Origin: Ostreococcus lucimarinus | Lineage: Eukaryota | Reading direction: 5' to 3' (one strand) | Length of the DNA: 64,000 nt | NCBI GenBank assembly: GCA_000092065.1 | Contig: CP000583.1 | Part shown: positions 27,805 to 37,569 of the stretch, one piece after another | Layout of the letters: each line of letters begins with the position of its first letter | How positions within the stretch are numbered: position 1 is the stretch's first letter | Notes under the pieces: model-generated | Databases searched by the model: none | What the model was told of the DNA's origin: nothing | What the model saw: the letters and a program-made list of their open reading frames with translations, nothing else | Made by a program: the position numbers and the translations under genes

Positions 27805-29325
27805 TTATACGTGATGATGCGCCTGCGTCATCGGCTGGGGCATGAGGCAGGAATGCGTAGTGTAGTCCGCCGTGCGTTTGTTGAACGTCACCACGAACAG
27901 CTTGCTCAATTGCTGCATCACGCCTTCCACTGGTGGAGGCAAAAGAACGCTCACGAGTGAATCCTCTGCTTCCAAACTGGTCTGTTCCGAAACTTTCGTG
28001 ACGTTTTCTCGACCACTCGGCAGTGGAATGGCACCCGAATACTTTTTGCGTTCCATTTTCTCCCTTTGTTCGTTCGTCCAAGCGCTCGTCGTCGCGACAG
28101 CACCGGGTTCGGCGTTAGCTTCATCGCTTCCCTTGAATTTGAAAACCTCGGTACACGACACGCGACTGAGAAGGTTGACGTGCTGTGGCATTCCCGCCGC
28201 CTTGAACGCGCTGAACCACGGATCGTTGACGTTGGTAGATTTAAGGACATTCACGATTCGGCCATCAGAAGTCTTATCTCCCCACAGCGCGATACCTTCC
28301 GCCACGGCTCTGTCCGGTAACGAAAACGTCCGCTCGTCGTCGTTTCTCATGATTTCCTCTCGCAGGGAAGTCACATTGACGCCAATCTTCGTCAAAGGAT
28401 CCTCCGGTGCCGCTGTGATGGCTAATAATCGACGACTGCTTGACGAGAATTGAGTCCCCGCCGAATTCGAGCGCGGCGCCGCGAGTCCCACCACGGATAG
28501 GGCACCCAACGCCAACGCCGTCACTGACGCGGCGACCGTTTTCTTCCGCCGCTTCGGCGCCGGTTTCTTCAAATCTAACTGCGGTGATGGCGGAGTTTCA
28601 ATGATTGGAGCGTCTAACGGCGGTAACGGCAACTTGGGCGTCATCGTCGGGTACGGCGCCGGCACCATGACGGTCGGCAACGCCACCCCCGTGGCGGCTT
28701 GCAGATTCATCCTCAGCGCGTGATTCTCATTCGTCAAGTGCATCACCATCCCTTGCAACGCCCCGTTTTGTTTTTCCAGCGCACTCGCGCGCTTTTCTAA
28801 ATCCCTGACGTACTCCCGTTTCCGCGCTCGCATGTTCTTCGCGCTCTCGCGATTGCGTCGCAATCGCTCCAATCGCTCCGCCTCCGTCTCCGTCGCGTTC
28901 CCGTCCACCTTCCCCGCGCTCCTCGCCGACATCGACGACGTCCCACCGTCGTCCGACGACGTCCCTCCGCCCTTCCTTCCGCTCCCGCACTCGCTCTCCG
29001 CGCGTCCGCTCGCGTCCTCGTTCGTCGTCGTCGTCGCCCATCCCTCGCCGTCGTCGTCCGGCAGCCAATCGTCCAACATCGACTCCAGCGCCCCGAGTTC
29101 GTACGGAAACCCCTCCAGCACCCCGTCGTCGCGCGCGCCGTCGAATTCCAACCACTCGCTCGCGTCCGCGCGCGCTCGCGCCGTCGCGTCCGTCGTCGTC
29201 GTCGTCGGCACCGTCGCGTCGTCGCGCCGCGGTCGCCGCGCGATCGTCGCGTCGCGCTCGGGCGTGCGCGGCGGCGACGTCGACGACGCGCGGCGCGCGA
29301 CGTCGACGCCGTCGGACGGTTTCAT
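27805..29325 (-). CDS. Membrane-anchored bZIP transcription factor (ATF6/CREB3/bZIP28-like topology)
   Basis: The bZIP basic region and zipper ERLERLRRNRESAKNMRARKREYVRDLEKRASALEKQNGALQGMVMHL lie near 28860. A single TM segment KRRKKTVAASVTALALGALSVVGLAAP lies near 28440..28520. It is followed at about 25 aa by RRLL (RxxL, S1P-like) and a roughly 220-aa lumenal/extracytoplasmic domain. Confidence 0.68.
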   Translation of the reverse strand: MKPSDGVDVARRASSTSPPRTPERDATIARRPRRDDATVPTTTTTDATARARADASEWLEFDGARDDGVLEGFPYELGALESMLDDWLPDDDGEGWATTTTNEDASGRAESECGSGRKGGGTSSDDGGTSSMSARSAGKVDGNATETEAERLERLRRNRESAKNMRARKREYVRDLEKRASALEKQNGALQGMVMHLTNENHALRMNLQAATGVALPTVMVPAPYPTMTPKLPLPPLDAPIIETPPSPQLDLKKPAPKRRKKTVAASVTALALGALSVVGLAAPRSNSAGTQFSSSSRRLLAITAAPEDPLTKIGVNVTSLREEIMRNDDERTFSLPDRAVAEGIALWGDKTSDGRIVNVLKSTNVNDPWFSAFKAAGMPQHVNLLSRVSCTEVFKFKGSDEANAEPGAVATTSAWTNEQREKMERKKYSGAIPLPSGRENVTKVSEQTSLEAEDSLVSVLLPPPVEGVMQQLSKLFVVTFNKRTADYTTHSCLMPQPMTQAHHHV

Positions 29326-29562
29326 CGTCGGCGTCCGGGCGCGGCGCGCGTCGCGATCGCGATCGCGCGGCGTCGCGAGATGACGTCAAGATGAATCTTC
29401 GATCGCCGTCTCGGGGCGTCTCGGAAATCTCGGACGGATCGACGGCGATCCGATGGTCCGATTGTCCGATCGGACGCGCGAGGGCGAGGGAGACGCGAAG
29501 GCGAAGGCGAAGGCGAGACGAAGGTAAAGCGTGAAACGATGCGATGAAAAGAGACGAACGAA

Positions 29563-30753
29563 TCATGGATGGTCGAAGATGTCGCGCTCGGGGGAGGCGG
29601 CGATGCTGGCGAAGACGGGGAGACGACGGAGGTCGTCGTCGTCGTCGTCGTCGTCGGAGACGTCGTCGGAGGCGCGCGCGGAGACGCGCGCGGCGGAAGG
29701 ATCGGTGGTGGTGGTGAGGGAGACGGGTTTGACGTCGGTGGTGCGCTCGGGGACGGCGCCGGGGACGGCGCGCGCGGTCGAACGGTCGTCGGTGGTGGTG
29801 AGAGTGGCGTCGTCGACGAGGGCGGAATCGTCGCGGAACGCGGCTCGACGCGCGGGACGCGGATCGAGCGGCGCGGGGGTGCCTAAGAATGCGTCTCCCC
29901 AGTCCGTGACGCCCGTCGATGCGCCGGATATGAGCGCCGATAGCGCCGTGCGGTGTTGCGTGGCCATCTCACCGGTAGACGCGACGTCATTCGGTCTGTA
30001 ATGGATGAATCGACATCGAGAACCGTACGGGCAATTGCCCTGCGCGGCAAACGTCCTGCACACCTCCGTCTTGTACTTTGGGTGACGTAGCACCGGACGA
30101 AGCTCATCGCGACCGTGTGCGAATTGACATTTGGCGCCATAACGACACGACCCACTCTCCTCCCAGCTGCGACAGAGCTCCGTCTTGTACAACGAGTGCT
30201 GTTGCTTGGGCGATCCCGGACTCGCGCCGCCGCCGTACGCCGGACTCGCGCTCAGAGACCTCGCGCCGTCATCCCGCGAGTTTCCGCCTTGATCGCCGTA
30301 CCCACCGTACGCGGGGGAGCGCGGTGACGTGAGACTGACTCCGAAACTCGATGCCGGCGACGTCGGGCTGAGATTGAGTTGAAACATCCCTTGCGCCAGG
30401 TGCGCGTCGTTCGCCTGATGCGAAGACCGAGAGTACGCGCTCGCGCTCGATCCCGTGAGATCGCTTCCATACGGCGTTTGGTGCATCGCGCGCTGCGGTG
30501 ACTGCGATACCGAATGTACACCATATCGAGACAGTATGGGCGACTGCGGTAACACCGTCGCGGTCGGGATGTCATCGTACGCGCTCGTCGGCGTCCTCGG
30601 GGGCGTTCTCGGCGGGCTCGCGCGCTCCGCGTCCGCGTACGTCGAGATCAACGCGCTCGAGAAATGCTCGGAAAGCTCCCGCGCGCGCTCGAGGGGGTCG
30701 AACAGCGCGCTCAAGTCGTCATCCTCGGCGTGCTCCGCGCCCGAGCGCCGCAT
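29563..30753 (-). CDS. Tandem CCCH zinc-finger protein (TIS11/tristetraprolin-type TZF)
   Basis: Two canonical C-x8-C-x5-C-x3-H fingers with the YKTELC lead-in: [26 protein letters not shown] and [26 protein letters not shown], 18 aa apart. Acidic poly-Asp C-terminus. Confidence 0.85.
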   Translation of the reverse strand: MRRSGAEHAEDDDLSALFDPLERARELSEHFSSALISTYADAERASPPRTPPRTPTSAYDDIPTATVLPQSPILSRYGVHSVSQSPQRAMHQTPYGSDLTGSSASAYSRSSHQANDAHLAQGMFQLNLSPTSPASSFGVSLTSPRSPAYGGYGDQGGNSRDDGARSLSASPAYGGGASPGSPKQQHSLYKTELCRSWEESGSCRYGAKCQFAHGRDELRPVLRHPKYKTEVCRTFAAQGNCPYGSRCRFIHYRPNDVASTGEMATQHRTALSALISGASTGVTDWGDAFLGTPAPLDPRPARRAAFRDDSALVDDATLTTTDDRSTARAVPGAVPERTTDVKPVSLTTTTDPSAARVSARASDDVSDDDDDDDDLRRLPVFASIAASPERDIFDHP

Positions 30754-31059
30754 ATCGAAAGATAAAGTTTTTGGGACGGTGCTCGCGCGGAACCTCGGCG
30801 CGCGCGCGCGACAGACGGAGAAGGCTTAAGCGTCGACCGACACGTCCGCGCGCGCGTGTGCGCGGGTAAAATATACCGAGAATAAATCTTCGATAAGATT
30901 CGCGCGTTGGTCGCGGCGCGTTGGACGCGCGCGCTTGTGTTCACACGACAAATTTTCGTGGGCACTCAGAACCAACATTGTTAGCTTACGAGACGAGAAC
31001 ACGAGAACGACGACGCATCGCGTGTGTAGCGCCGTCGGTTGCGCTGTTATTGAATAGAG

Positions 31060-32625
31060 CTAGACGTATTTCAAGTACGTATCGAGGTGCACGCCGAGGT
31101 TTTGTGCGAGTCTTTCGGCTAAATCACGAGAGATGTTGCATTGGTACAGCCCACCCTCCATCGCGCTCCCGCGGTTGATGGAGAGCATTCCGAGCTGCGT
31201 CATGCTCGAGATTTGCATAAAGACGTCGGCGCTGAGGAGCTCCTCCTCAAGATCTGCGACTTCAGCGCCGTGTTCATCGCATGCTGAGCGTGTGATAAAG
31301 TGAAACCACGCGATAAGACGTTCGAGCTTGAAGACACGTCGTTTATCCACGGCGGCTTCAGCGGCGGCGGCTCGTTCTCGATCTTGCGCGTTTCGATCCT
31401 TGCGCTTGGCCCTTGCCACGTGCCCTTCTATTTGACCGCCAAACATGCGCTTGTCCACCTCATCAGAGTTGTGCGAGCACAGAAATGCTGCGACTAATAA
31501 GAATTTCGTCAGACGCGGGATCTCGAAATCCAAACGTCCACCCGCGCCGCTTCCCGTGGCGTCGCGCCGCACCGGCCATTCGCCGCGACCGAGAGCCAAC
31601 GCCGCCGGGCTCAGCGGCACGGTTAATCCCGTGTGCACGTTCGGTTGCTCCCGCTTCGGCGCCGACGACGAACCTCCGTCTCTCGCATTAGCGCACTCAT
31701 CTCCTTTCGTCGATCCTTTCTTCGAGTTCAACGCCGCGTACAGCGCTCGAGGTTCGGGAAGCGGATCGCCCCGCGCGCGCGCTTCCTCGTACGGCTTGAC
31801 GTACTGCGCCCACAATGGCGCCACAGTGGCGCGCAGCTCGTGTAAATTCCTACACGTCGCCGTGAACGTGTTCAGCATAACACCTAAGAACCCATTGTAC
31901 AGCATCTCGTCCGCATCCGACGGGCGTTCCTTTAACAAGATGTACCGCAGCTCCTCTCGAGAGTACGCCGGAAAGTAAACGCCCTCGTACGGCGTCGTCC
32001 CCGACGCCGAACAAAACGTATCCCAACCCTGTTCACCGATGAAAATCACGATCACCTTCCGACAACTCAACTCCGCGAGTCGCAAAAACGCATTCAACAC
32101 CGGTTCACCTCGCCACTGTAACATTCTCTGCGCCTCGTCGACGACGACGTAACACGCCCGCGCGCCCGGACTCGCCGGCAAGTGCGCGCGTAAAATCTCC
32201 ACTAAATCACTAAACCTATCGCACTTCAGCGCCTTTTTCACCTGCTCTGCGCTCGCACGTCTCAAACTCTCGCTCGACCGCACCAAATACGGCGTCAGCT
32301 CCTCCACCACCGCCTCGTACAACAGCTTCGGCGCGTGCTCCGTGGCGCACGACGCGTACGCCCACGGCCGTCCGCTCCTCCCGACGACGTCCCGCACGAT
32401 CGACGTCTTCCCCGTCACCGGCGGTCCGTGGACGTACATCGCCGGATGATCGTCCCTCGCGCCTCCCAGCGCGCGCACCAGGCCCTCGATCGACGCCTTC
32501 CGTCCTCCCCAGCGCGCGCACGCGTCGCGGATGAATCCTTCCTCGTCCCGTTCGATCGCATCGCGCGACGCGCGCGCGTCGTCGTCGTCGCTCGCGTCGC
32601 CCATCGCGACGTCATCGACGCGCAT
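31060..32625 (-). CDS. ORC5: Origin recognition complex subunit 5 (ORC5)
   Basis: AAA+ Walker A MYVHGPPVTGKTS, Walker B CYVVVDEAQ, and an ORC5 C-terminal region (RLTKFLLVAAFLCSHNSDEVDKRMF). Start at Met codon 32623..32625 (MRVDDVAMGD). The track ORF continues as an R-rich leader to 32955, abutting the RPS6 ATG. Confidence 0.7.
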   Translation of the reverse strand: MRVDDVAMGDASDDDDARASRDAIERDEEGFIRDACARWGGRKASIEGLVRALGGARDDHPAMYVHGPPVTGKTSIVRDVVGRSGRPWAYASCATEHAPKLLYEAVVEELTPYLVRSSESLRRASAEQVKKALKCDRFSDLVEILRAHLPASPGARACYVVVDEAQRMLQWRGEPVLNAFLRLAELSCRKVIVIFIGEQGWDTFCSASGTTPYEGVYFPAYSREELRYILLKERPSDADEMLYNGFLGVMLNTFTATCRNLHELRATVAPLWAQYVKPYEEARARGDPLPEPRALYAALNSKKGSTKGDECANARDGGSSSAPKREQPNVHTGLTVPLSPAALALGRGEWPVRRDATGSGAGGRLDFEIPRLTKFLLVAAFLCSHNSDEVDKRMFGGQIEGHVARAKRKDRNAQDRERAAAAEAAVDKRRVFKLERLIAWFHFITRSACDEHGAEVADLEEELLSADVFMQISSMTQLGMLSINRGSAMEGGLYQCNISRDLAERLAQNLGVHLDTYLKYV

Positions 32626-32953
32626 CGACGCCCGCGCGTCGCTCGCCGCGCGCGGTCGCGCGTCGCGCGCCGTCGTCGTCTCTCGCGCCGCGCGCGCGCG
32701 CGGCTGTCGACGCGCGTTCGAACGCGCGACGGCCGACGCGCGACGCGCGCGCACGTGGGGTTCGCGCGAGCTCCGATGCGTGCGCGTCAACCAACCGAAT
32801 GTCCGAAATAAATACAGATTCAAAACAGCACGCGGACTGTTTGCGCGTGCGATGCACACGCGTCCGTGTTTCTTCGCGGCGCGCCCCCGAGACGCGACGC
32901 GCGCGCGGGCGCGCCGCGCCGTCGCCCTCTTTCGACGACGCGCGCGCGCGACC

Positions 32954-34039
32954 ATGAAGGTGCGTCCATCGACGGGCGACGCGGGATGACGATGGGGATG
33001 ATTACGGCGCGCGACGACGGACGGCGCGCGACGACGGACGCGCGACGACGCGCGCGGACGCGACGGCGGACGCGAACGACGCGGGTTTGCGCGACGCGAC
33101 GATCGGGGACTGACGACGACGACGACGACGACGCGCGTGATCCACAGCTCAACATCGCGAACCCGCAGACCGGGGCGCAGAAGAAGATCGAGATCGTCGA
33201 TGAGAACAAGCTCCGATGCTTCTACGATAAGCGCATCTCCGCGGAGGTGGAGGGCGATGAACTCGGTGATGTGCGTGTTAGGGCTTTGCGATGCGACGCG
33301 ACGCGATGAAGCCGAGGACGCGAACGATGCGCGCGCGCGGACGCGACGGTGGTGCGCGTGGATGATTGATGAAGATAATGATGATCGTGAATTCGTACTG
33401 ACCGCGCGTGTGATGCGCTCGTTTCGTCGATAGGAATGGAAAGGCTACATCTTTAAGATCATGGGTGGCAACGACAAGCAAGGGTTTGGGATGAAGCAAG
33501 GCGTGTTGACGAACCAACGCGTGTTCTTGCTCATGTCTCAGGGCACGAGTGGTTTCCGTGGGAACGGTCGCCGTAAGGGTGAGCGCCGTCGTAAGGCGTG
33601 CCGTGGTTGCATCGTCTCCCAAGACATCGCTGTTTTGAACTTGCTCATCGTCAAGCAAGGCGACGCCGAGGTTCCGGGTTTGACGGATACCGAAGTCGCG
33701 CGCTTGCGTGGTCCGAAGCGTGCGAGCAAGATTCGCAAGCTCTTCGCGTTAACGAAGGAAGACGACGTTCGTCAGTACGTGAACACGTACCGCCGTGAGT
33801 TTGAATCCGCGACTGGCAAGAAGAAGTCCAAGGCGCCGAAGATTCAACGTCTCGTCACCCCGCTCGTCATCAAGCGCAAGCACGCGCGCGCGGCGGCGAA
33901 GAAAGTTAAGCAAGCCAAGTCCAAGGCGGAAGCCGCGGAATACCACAAGGTCCTTGCCCTCCGCATCCGAGAACAACGCGAGCGCAGAAGCGAATCCCTC
34001 GCCAAGCGCCGTGCGTCCTCCGTCGCGAAGAAGGCGTAG
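32954..34039 (+). CDS. RPS6: 40S ribosomal protein S6 (eS6), three exons
   Basis: Exons 32954..32959 (MK), 33148..33270 and 33434..34039. Introns 32960..33147 and 33271..33433 both start GTGCGT, carry CTGAC 30 to 35 nt before the AG, and end CAG/TAG. The spliced product [88 protein letters not shown].. is colinear with eS6 throughout. Confidence 0.93.
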
Positions 34040-34284
34040 GCTGAGGCAAAGATTTCTACTAGTGAAATGGATGGGATTTGGTGATTTAGTGTACTCAGAG
34101 ACGGAGATTGATCGCGACGCCGGTGACGCATCGCGAAACAAAGCTTAGCAGCTTACTATTCTTCGCACGCGACTTGTAATCGATGCGACGAAAATTCAAA
34201 AACACGCCGACGCGCATCAAACGCCCCCTCCGGAAAGTGGAATTCATTTTGAAACCAACCGTCGGCATCACACATCGCCGCGCG

Positions 34285-34914
34285 ATGGATTCGCTCGCCT
34301 CGCGCGCTGTCGCGTCGACGACCGTGTTAAAGACCGGTCCACGATCGATGCGCTCGCCGCGTCTGTCGATGCGACGCGCGGGTTCGTCGCGCGACAAAGT
34401 GTTAACTCGAATGGGACACGGCGACTCGTCGATGAGCGAAGACGAAGACGATTACGCGAGCGACATCAATCGCACGCCGTACTACACCCAAACCGAGCGC
34501 AAGTTTTTAGACATGATCACGATTCAGGCCTTGAAGAACTTGCTGCACTTTTTGCAGGAGACGAACGGCGAGATGCACATGTATTTGCACAACCACATCA
34601 CCGAAAATCCGTTTGAGCTCAGCGAGACGAGGTCGATGGAGGATTGGTTGACAGATCTCGCGGCGAAACCGTTGACGCGGGTGAACGATCCGCGGCGTTC
34701 ATCCGTGCCCGGGCCGGCGATGGACGAGGAGGCGTTGAGAAAGGGGCGAGAGATATCGCCGAGAGATTTAGTTGAGAGGATATTACAAGCGCGCTCAAAC
34801 GTCGCGGAAGAACTAACCAGAGAGCTGAGCGCGCCTCGTCTGGCGGTGAAAAACAATAAAATATTTACCGCGGCGTTGGCGTCGACGTTTCGATTGAGTG
34901 ATGACGACGTTTGA
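34285..34914 (+). CDS. RBCX: RbcX-like RuBisCO assembly chaperone with a plastid-transit-like N-terminus
   Basis: The core ERKFLDMITIQALKNLLHFLQETNGEMHMYLHNH.. and DLVERILQARSNVAEEL align with cyanobacterial and plant RbcX (YLTYQAVR..LSETNP..WL..; ELVLRILTVRENLAEG). N-terminus MDSLASRAVASTTVLKTGPRSMRSPRLSMRRAGSS; ATG at 34285 (the track ORF starts at 34183). Confidence 0.65.
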   Translation: MDSLASRAVASTTVLKTGPRSMRSPRLSMRRAGSSRDKVLTRMGHGDSSMSEDEDDYASDINRTPYYTQTERKFLDMITIQALKNLLHFLQETNGEMHMYLHNHITENPFELSETRSMEDWLTDLAAKPLTRVNDPRRSSVPGPAMDEEALRKGREISPRDLVERILQARSNVAEELTRELSAPRLAVKNNKIFTAALASTFRLSDDDV

Positions 34915-35128
34915 TGACGACGTTTAGTTTAGGAAAACATCCGCGCGCGCAAAGTAGCCACGCGCGCGGGGATTTAAATTAATGTGACCTGTCGCGTTCC
35001 AACAGCGCATCGTTCGCGCGTCGTCGATTCGTCCGCGCGCGCGTCGACGCGCTGTCGCTCGTCTCGTTTCAGTATAGTACATCTAAAAGTTTCAAGTTTC
35101 TAGTCGACAAAACGTCGATGAAAAAAGT

Positions 35129-37489
35129 CTACGCGAGATAAACGTACATTTTTCGATCGCTCGGATCCCTCTCGATGTATTCACGCTCAATCAAGGTCTC
35201 GATGTGTTTTTTGATATCCGCGGGTGTGGGCATGAAACGGTTCCTGACTTGAGCCGTGACTTCCATGACGATGCTGTTGTGATCGAGCCGCTTCTTCGCC
35301 TTCATCACGCGCACAATGGTGGCCTCGATCTGCGGCTTACGATCGTCTACGATTTTGCTTTTCGTCAACGATCTTTCGTGATCGTTCTCTCGCTTGGCAG
35401 AAATGGACAAGATTTTGACCTTGGTCGTCTTAGATGAGAAGTCTCGATTGACTTGAAACGAGTCTCCCAAGCTCACATCTTTCCCAGCGGGCAACTTTGT
35501 GAGAATATTTTTCCCCTTGACGCACGAAAGCGCTTGCAAGCAACCCTTGAGCTCGTCGCCTATCATTCCAGTAAGATCCGAAATATCTTTTGTGGTCAAA
35601 GTCTCGTGCGTGTTGAAAAGCATGAGGACACACATGTGCAGCGTCGACGCAGAAATTTCATATTCACCGCTCGCAAACCTAGCCTTAATGTCGGCCCGGC
35701 CCATGTTCGCCTGCCAAGTGAGCTTTCGACCGGCGTGACGCGAGAGGTAGAAATTTTCAAAAACCTTGCACGTCCTCTCGCATTCATGGGGTAAGTTGAT
35801 CGGAGTTTTATGCACCTTCAAGGGCCAGGCTCCGGTGGTCAACACCGAGACATTTACTTCCATCGATCCCGAGCCTCTTGAGTAAACACCTTCAAACTCC
35901 CTCGTCAAGTCACCCGAAGTGAGCATGTCGTTGAACATGCCCTCCATTCTACTCGTGAATGTAAATCCACAATCGTCCTTGAGTTTACCGATGAACGCGA
36001 GCTCGTTATCGTCGCTTGCGGAGCGCTTGTTTAGCAACCTCTTCGACAAGTGTTGGCGATAATAATTCTCAAACACATCCTTCTCGTGAAATAGGTGGAA
36101 GAGCCCCATCGATCGGTTCAGGATGATCTCCAGTTCGCTCTGACTCGCGTCTTTTGACGATTTCCTCAACATGTGATCCAAATAAAGCGACAAATACTCG
36201 GGTGATCTAGGATTCAAGTTTGCGACGAGTTGATACGCCTGATTGCACTGCGACTCGATGAGGCGATTATTTGCAAACGCCTCGATCAAGATTGTGTCAT
36301 ACTTCTCCTTGAATTTGAAAAGCTCTTCGACAAACTGTGTCGGATTCTTTTCATTTTCTAAATCATTCACGATCGACTTGCCGATTTCCTTAAGATGATT
36401 GAACATCACGTCTGGAATACCCTCGAGATCGTCCATCGTCGAAAACAGCGAGTACATGCGACGCAAGTTTTCGATCTGGTTCGCTCGAAGCATGTGCACC
36501 ATGCCACTCGTAGCGTTATGCAATAGTGATTGTGACATCTCCTTCAATAACTGGTTGCGCGCTTGCTCAAGTAAAAGGCCTGTTGTTCGAGGAGCCATGT
36601 AAGCTTCACTTCGGTCCTTCTCTTGCGCCAGTCTCGCCTCCGCCATCCTCAAGAACGTCGGGCAGTCGTCGATATCGATTCGTTTCTGCGCCACCGCCTT
36701 GTAGTAAGATCTTGTCTCATCGAGCATTTTAACTTCGAACTCATCTACGTAAACAGATTCGTGCAAAGTGAGTAACATGGACGTCACCTTTTGCAACGCG
36801 TCCCTATCCACGCTCTCGCCGTCGCGCTCGCGGCGGATCAAATCTAACATGCACGAGTGCATCCGTCGTCTAATGCGTGGATTATTTACCACACACTCCC
36901 TCCAAAGCGTTATTACGAGATCCCCCACGGGTTCTAAGTTCGCGTTCCCGCTCCGCTTCAAGTGCACGCGATCGAGATAGATGAAGACGTCGGTCAGCAT
37001 TTGCGCGCTCTTTCTGTGCCGCGCAAATCGCGTCTCCAAATCCTTCAAAAATTCAACATCCCCCACCACGTCCGCGATCTTACTCGCCACGTGCAAGCAC
37101 AAATGATCTGTTACCGCGTCGCTTATGGTGTTATACAGCGCATCACCCTGTTTCCGAAGCACCAACGCGTACGCCTTACCGTACAGCTCCTCGTACGACA
37201 ACCCTTCGCTGCTCAGGTTCAACAGCTCCGTCGTCGCCGTTCGAAGCGTTCGAAGCGTCGTCTCCACGAACGACGGATCGGCGTCCACGCGATGTCTGAA
37301 CGGTTCCAACGCCGTCGTCGTCGCCGTCGTCGCCGCGCGCGAGCGCGCGCGCGACGCCTGTCCCGACGCGTCGCGTTTCCGTCCCACGACGCCGTCGCGC
37401 TCGCGCTCGCGCGCGCGCGCGTCGCTCGCCGCGCGCGCGCGCGCGTCGTCGCCGTCGACCGCGTCGCGCGCGTTCGCCGCGCGCGTCAT
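35129..37489 (-). CDS. Cullin (CUL4-like) with a C-terminal neddylation/winged-helix domain
   Basis: The N-terminal helical bundle matches CUL4 (GLSYEELYGKAYALVLRKQGDALY; MLTDVFIYLDRVHL). The C-terminus IVRVMKAKKRLDHNSIVMEVTAQVRNRFMPTPADIKKHIETLIEREYIERDPSDRKMYVYLA includes the conserved neddylation Lys context (VMKAKK). R/A-rich N-terminal extension. Confidence 0.82.
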   Translation of the reverse strand: MTRAANARDAVDGDDARARAASDARARERERDGVVGRKRDASGQASRARSRAATTATTTALEPFRHRVDADPSFVETTLRTLRTATTELLNLSSEGLSYEELYGKAYALVLRKQGDALYNTISDAVTDHLCLHVASKIADVVGDVEFLKDLETRFARHRKSAQMLTDVFIYLDRVHLKRSGNANLEPVGDLVITLWRECVVNNPRIRRRMHSCMLDLIRRERDGESVDRDALQKVTSMLLTLHESVYVDEFEVKMLDETRSYYKAVAQKRIDIDDCPTFLRMAEARLAQEKDRSEAYMAPRTTGLLLEQARNQLLKEMSQSLLHNATSGMVHMLRANQIENLRRMYSLFSTMDDLEGIPDVMFNHLKEIGKSIVNDLENEKNPTQFVEELFKFKEKYDTILIEAFANNRLIESQCNQAYQLVANLNPRSPEYLSLYLDHMLRKSSKDASQSELEIILNRSMGLFHLFHEKDVFENYYRQHLSKRLLNKRSASDDNELAFIGKLKDDCGFTFTSRMEGMFNDMLTSGDLTREFEGVYSRGSGSMEVNVSVLTTGAWPLKVHKTPINLPHECERTCKVFENFYLSRHAGRKLTWQANMGRADIKARFASGEYEISASTLHMCVLMLFNTHETLTTKDISDLTGMIGDELKGCLQALSCVKGKNILTKLPAGKDVSLGDSFQVNRDFSSKTTKVKILSISAKRENDHERSLTKSKIVDDRKPQIEATIVRVMKAKKRLDHNSIVMEVTAQVRNRFMPTPADIKKHIETLIEREYIERDPSDRKMYVYLA

Positions 37490-37569
37490 CGCCGCCGGGC
37501 GCGCTGTGCCGATCGTTCGCTGGATTCGAATCGAGCCGAGTCGAATCGCGACAGACGGCGACGCGCTTC

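Noticed and set aside
32836-32850. Labelling ACTGTTTGCGC outright as an E2F site.
   Set aside because: TTTGCGCG differs from the TTTSGCGC consensus at one position. It is kept as a hypothesis only.
35129-37489. Calling the cullin CUL1 on the basis of its C-terminal ..RKMYVYLA.
   Set aside because: The N-terminal helical region matches CUL4 much better (GLSYEELY.., ..IYLDRVHL). The C-terminal neddylation domain is conserved across cullins and is not subtype-diagnostic.
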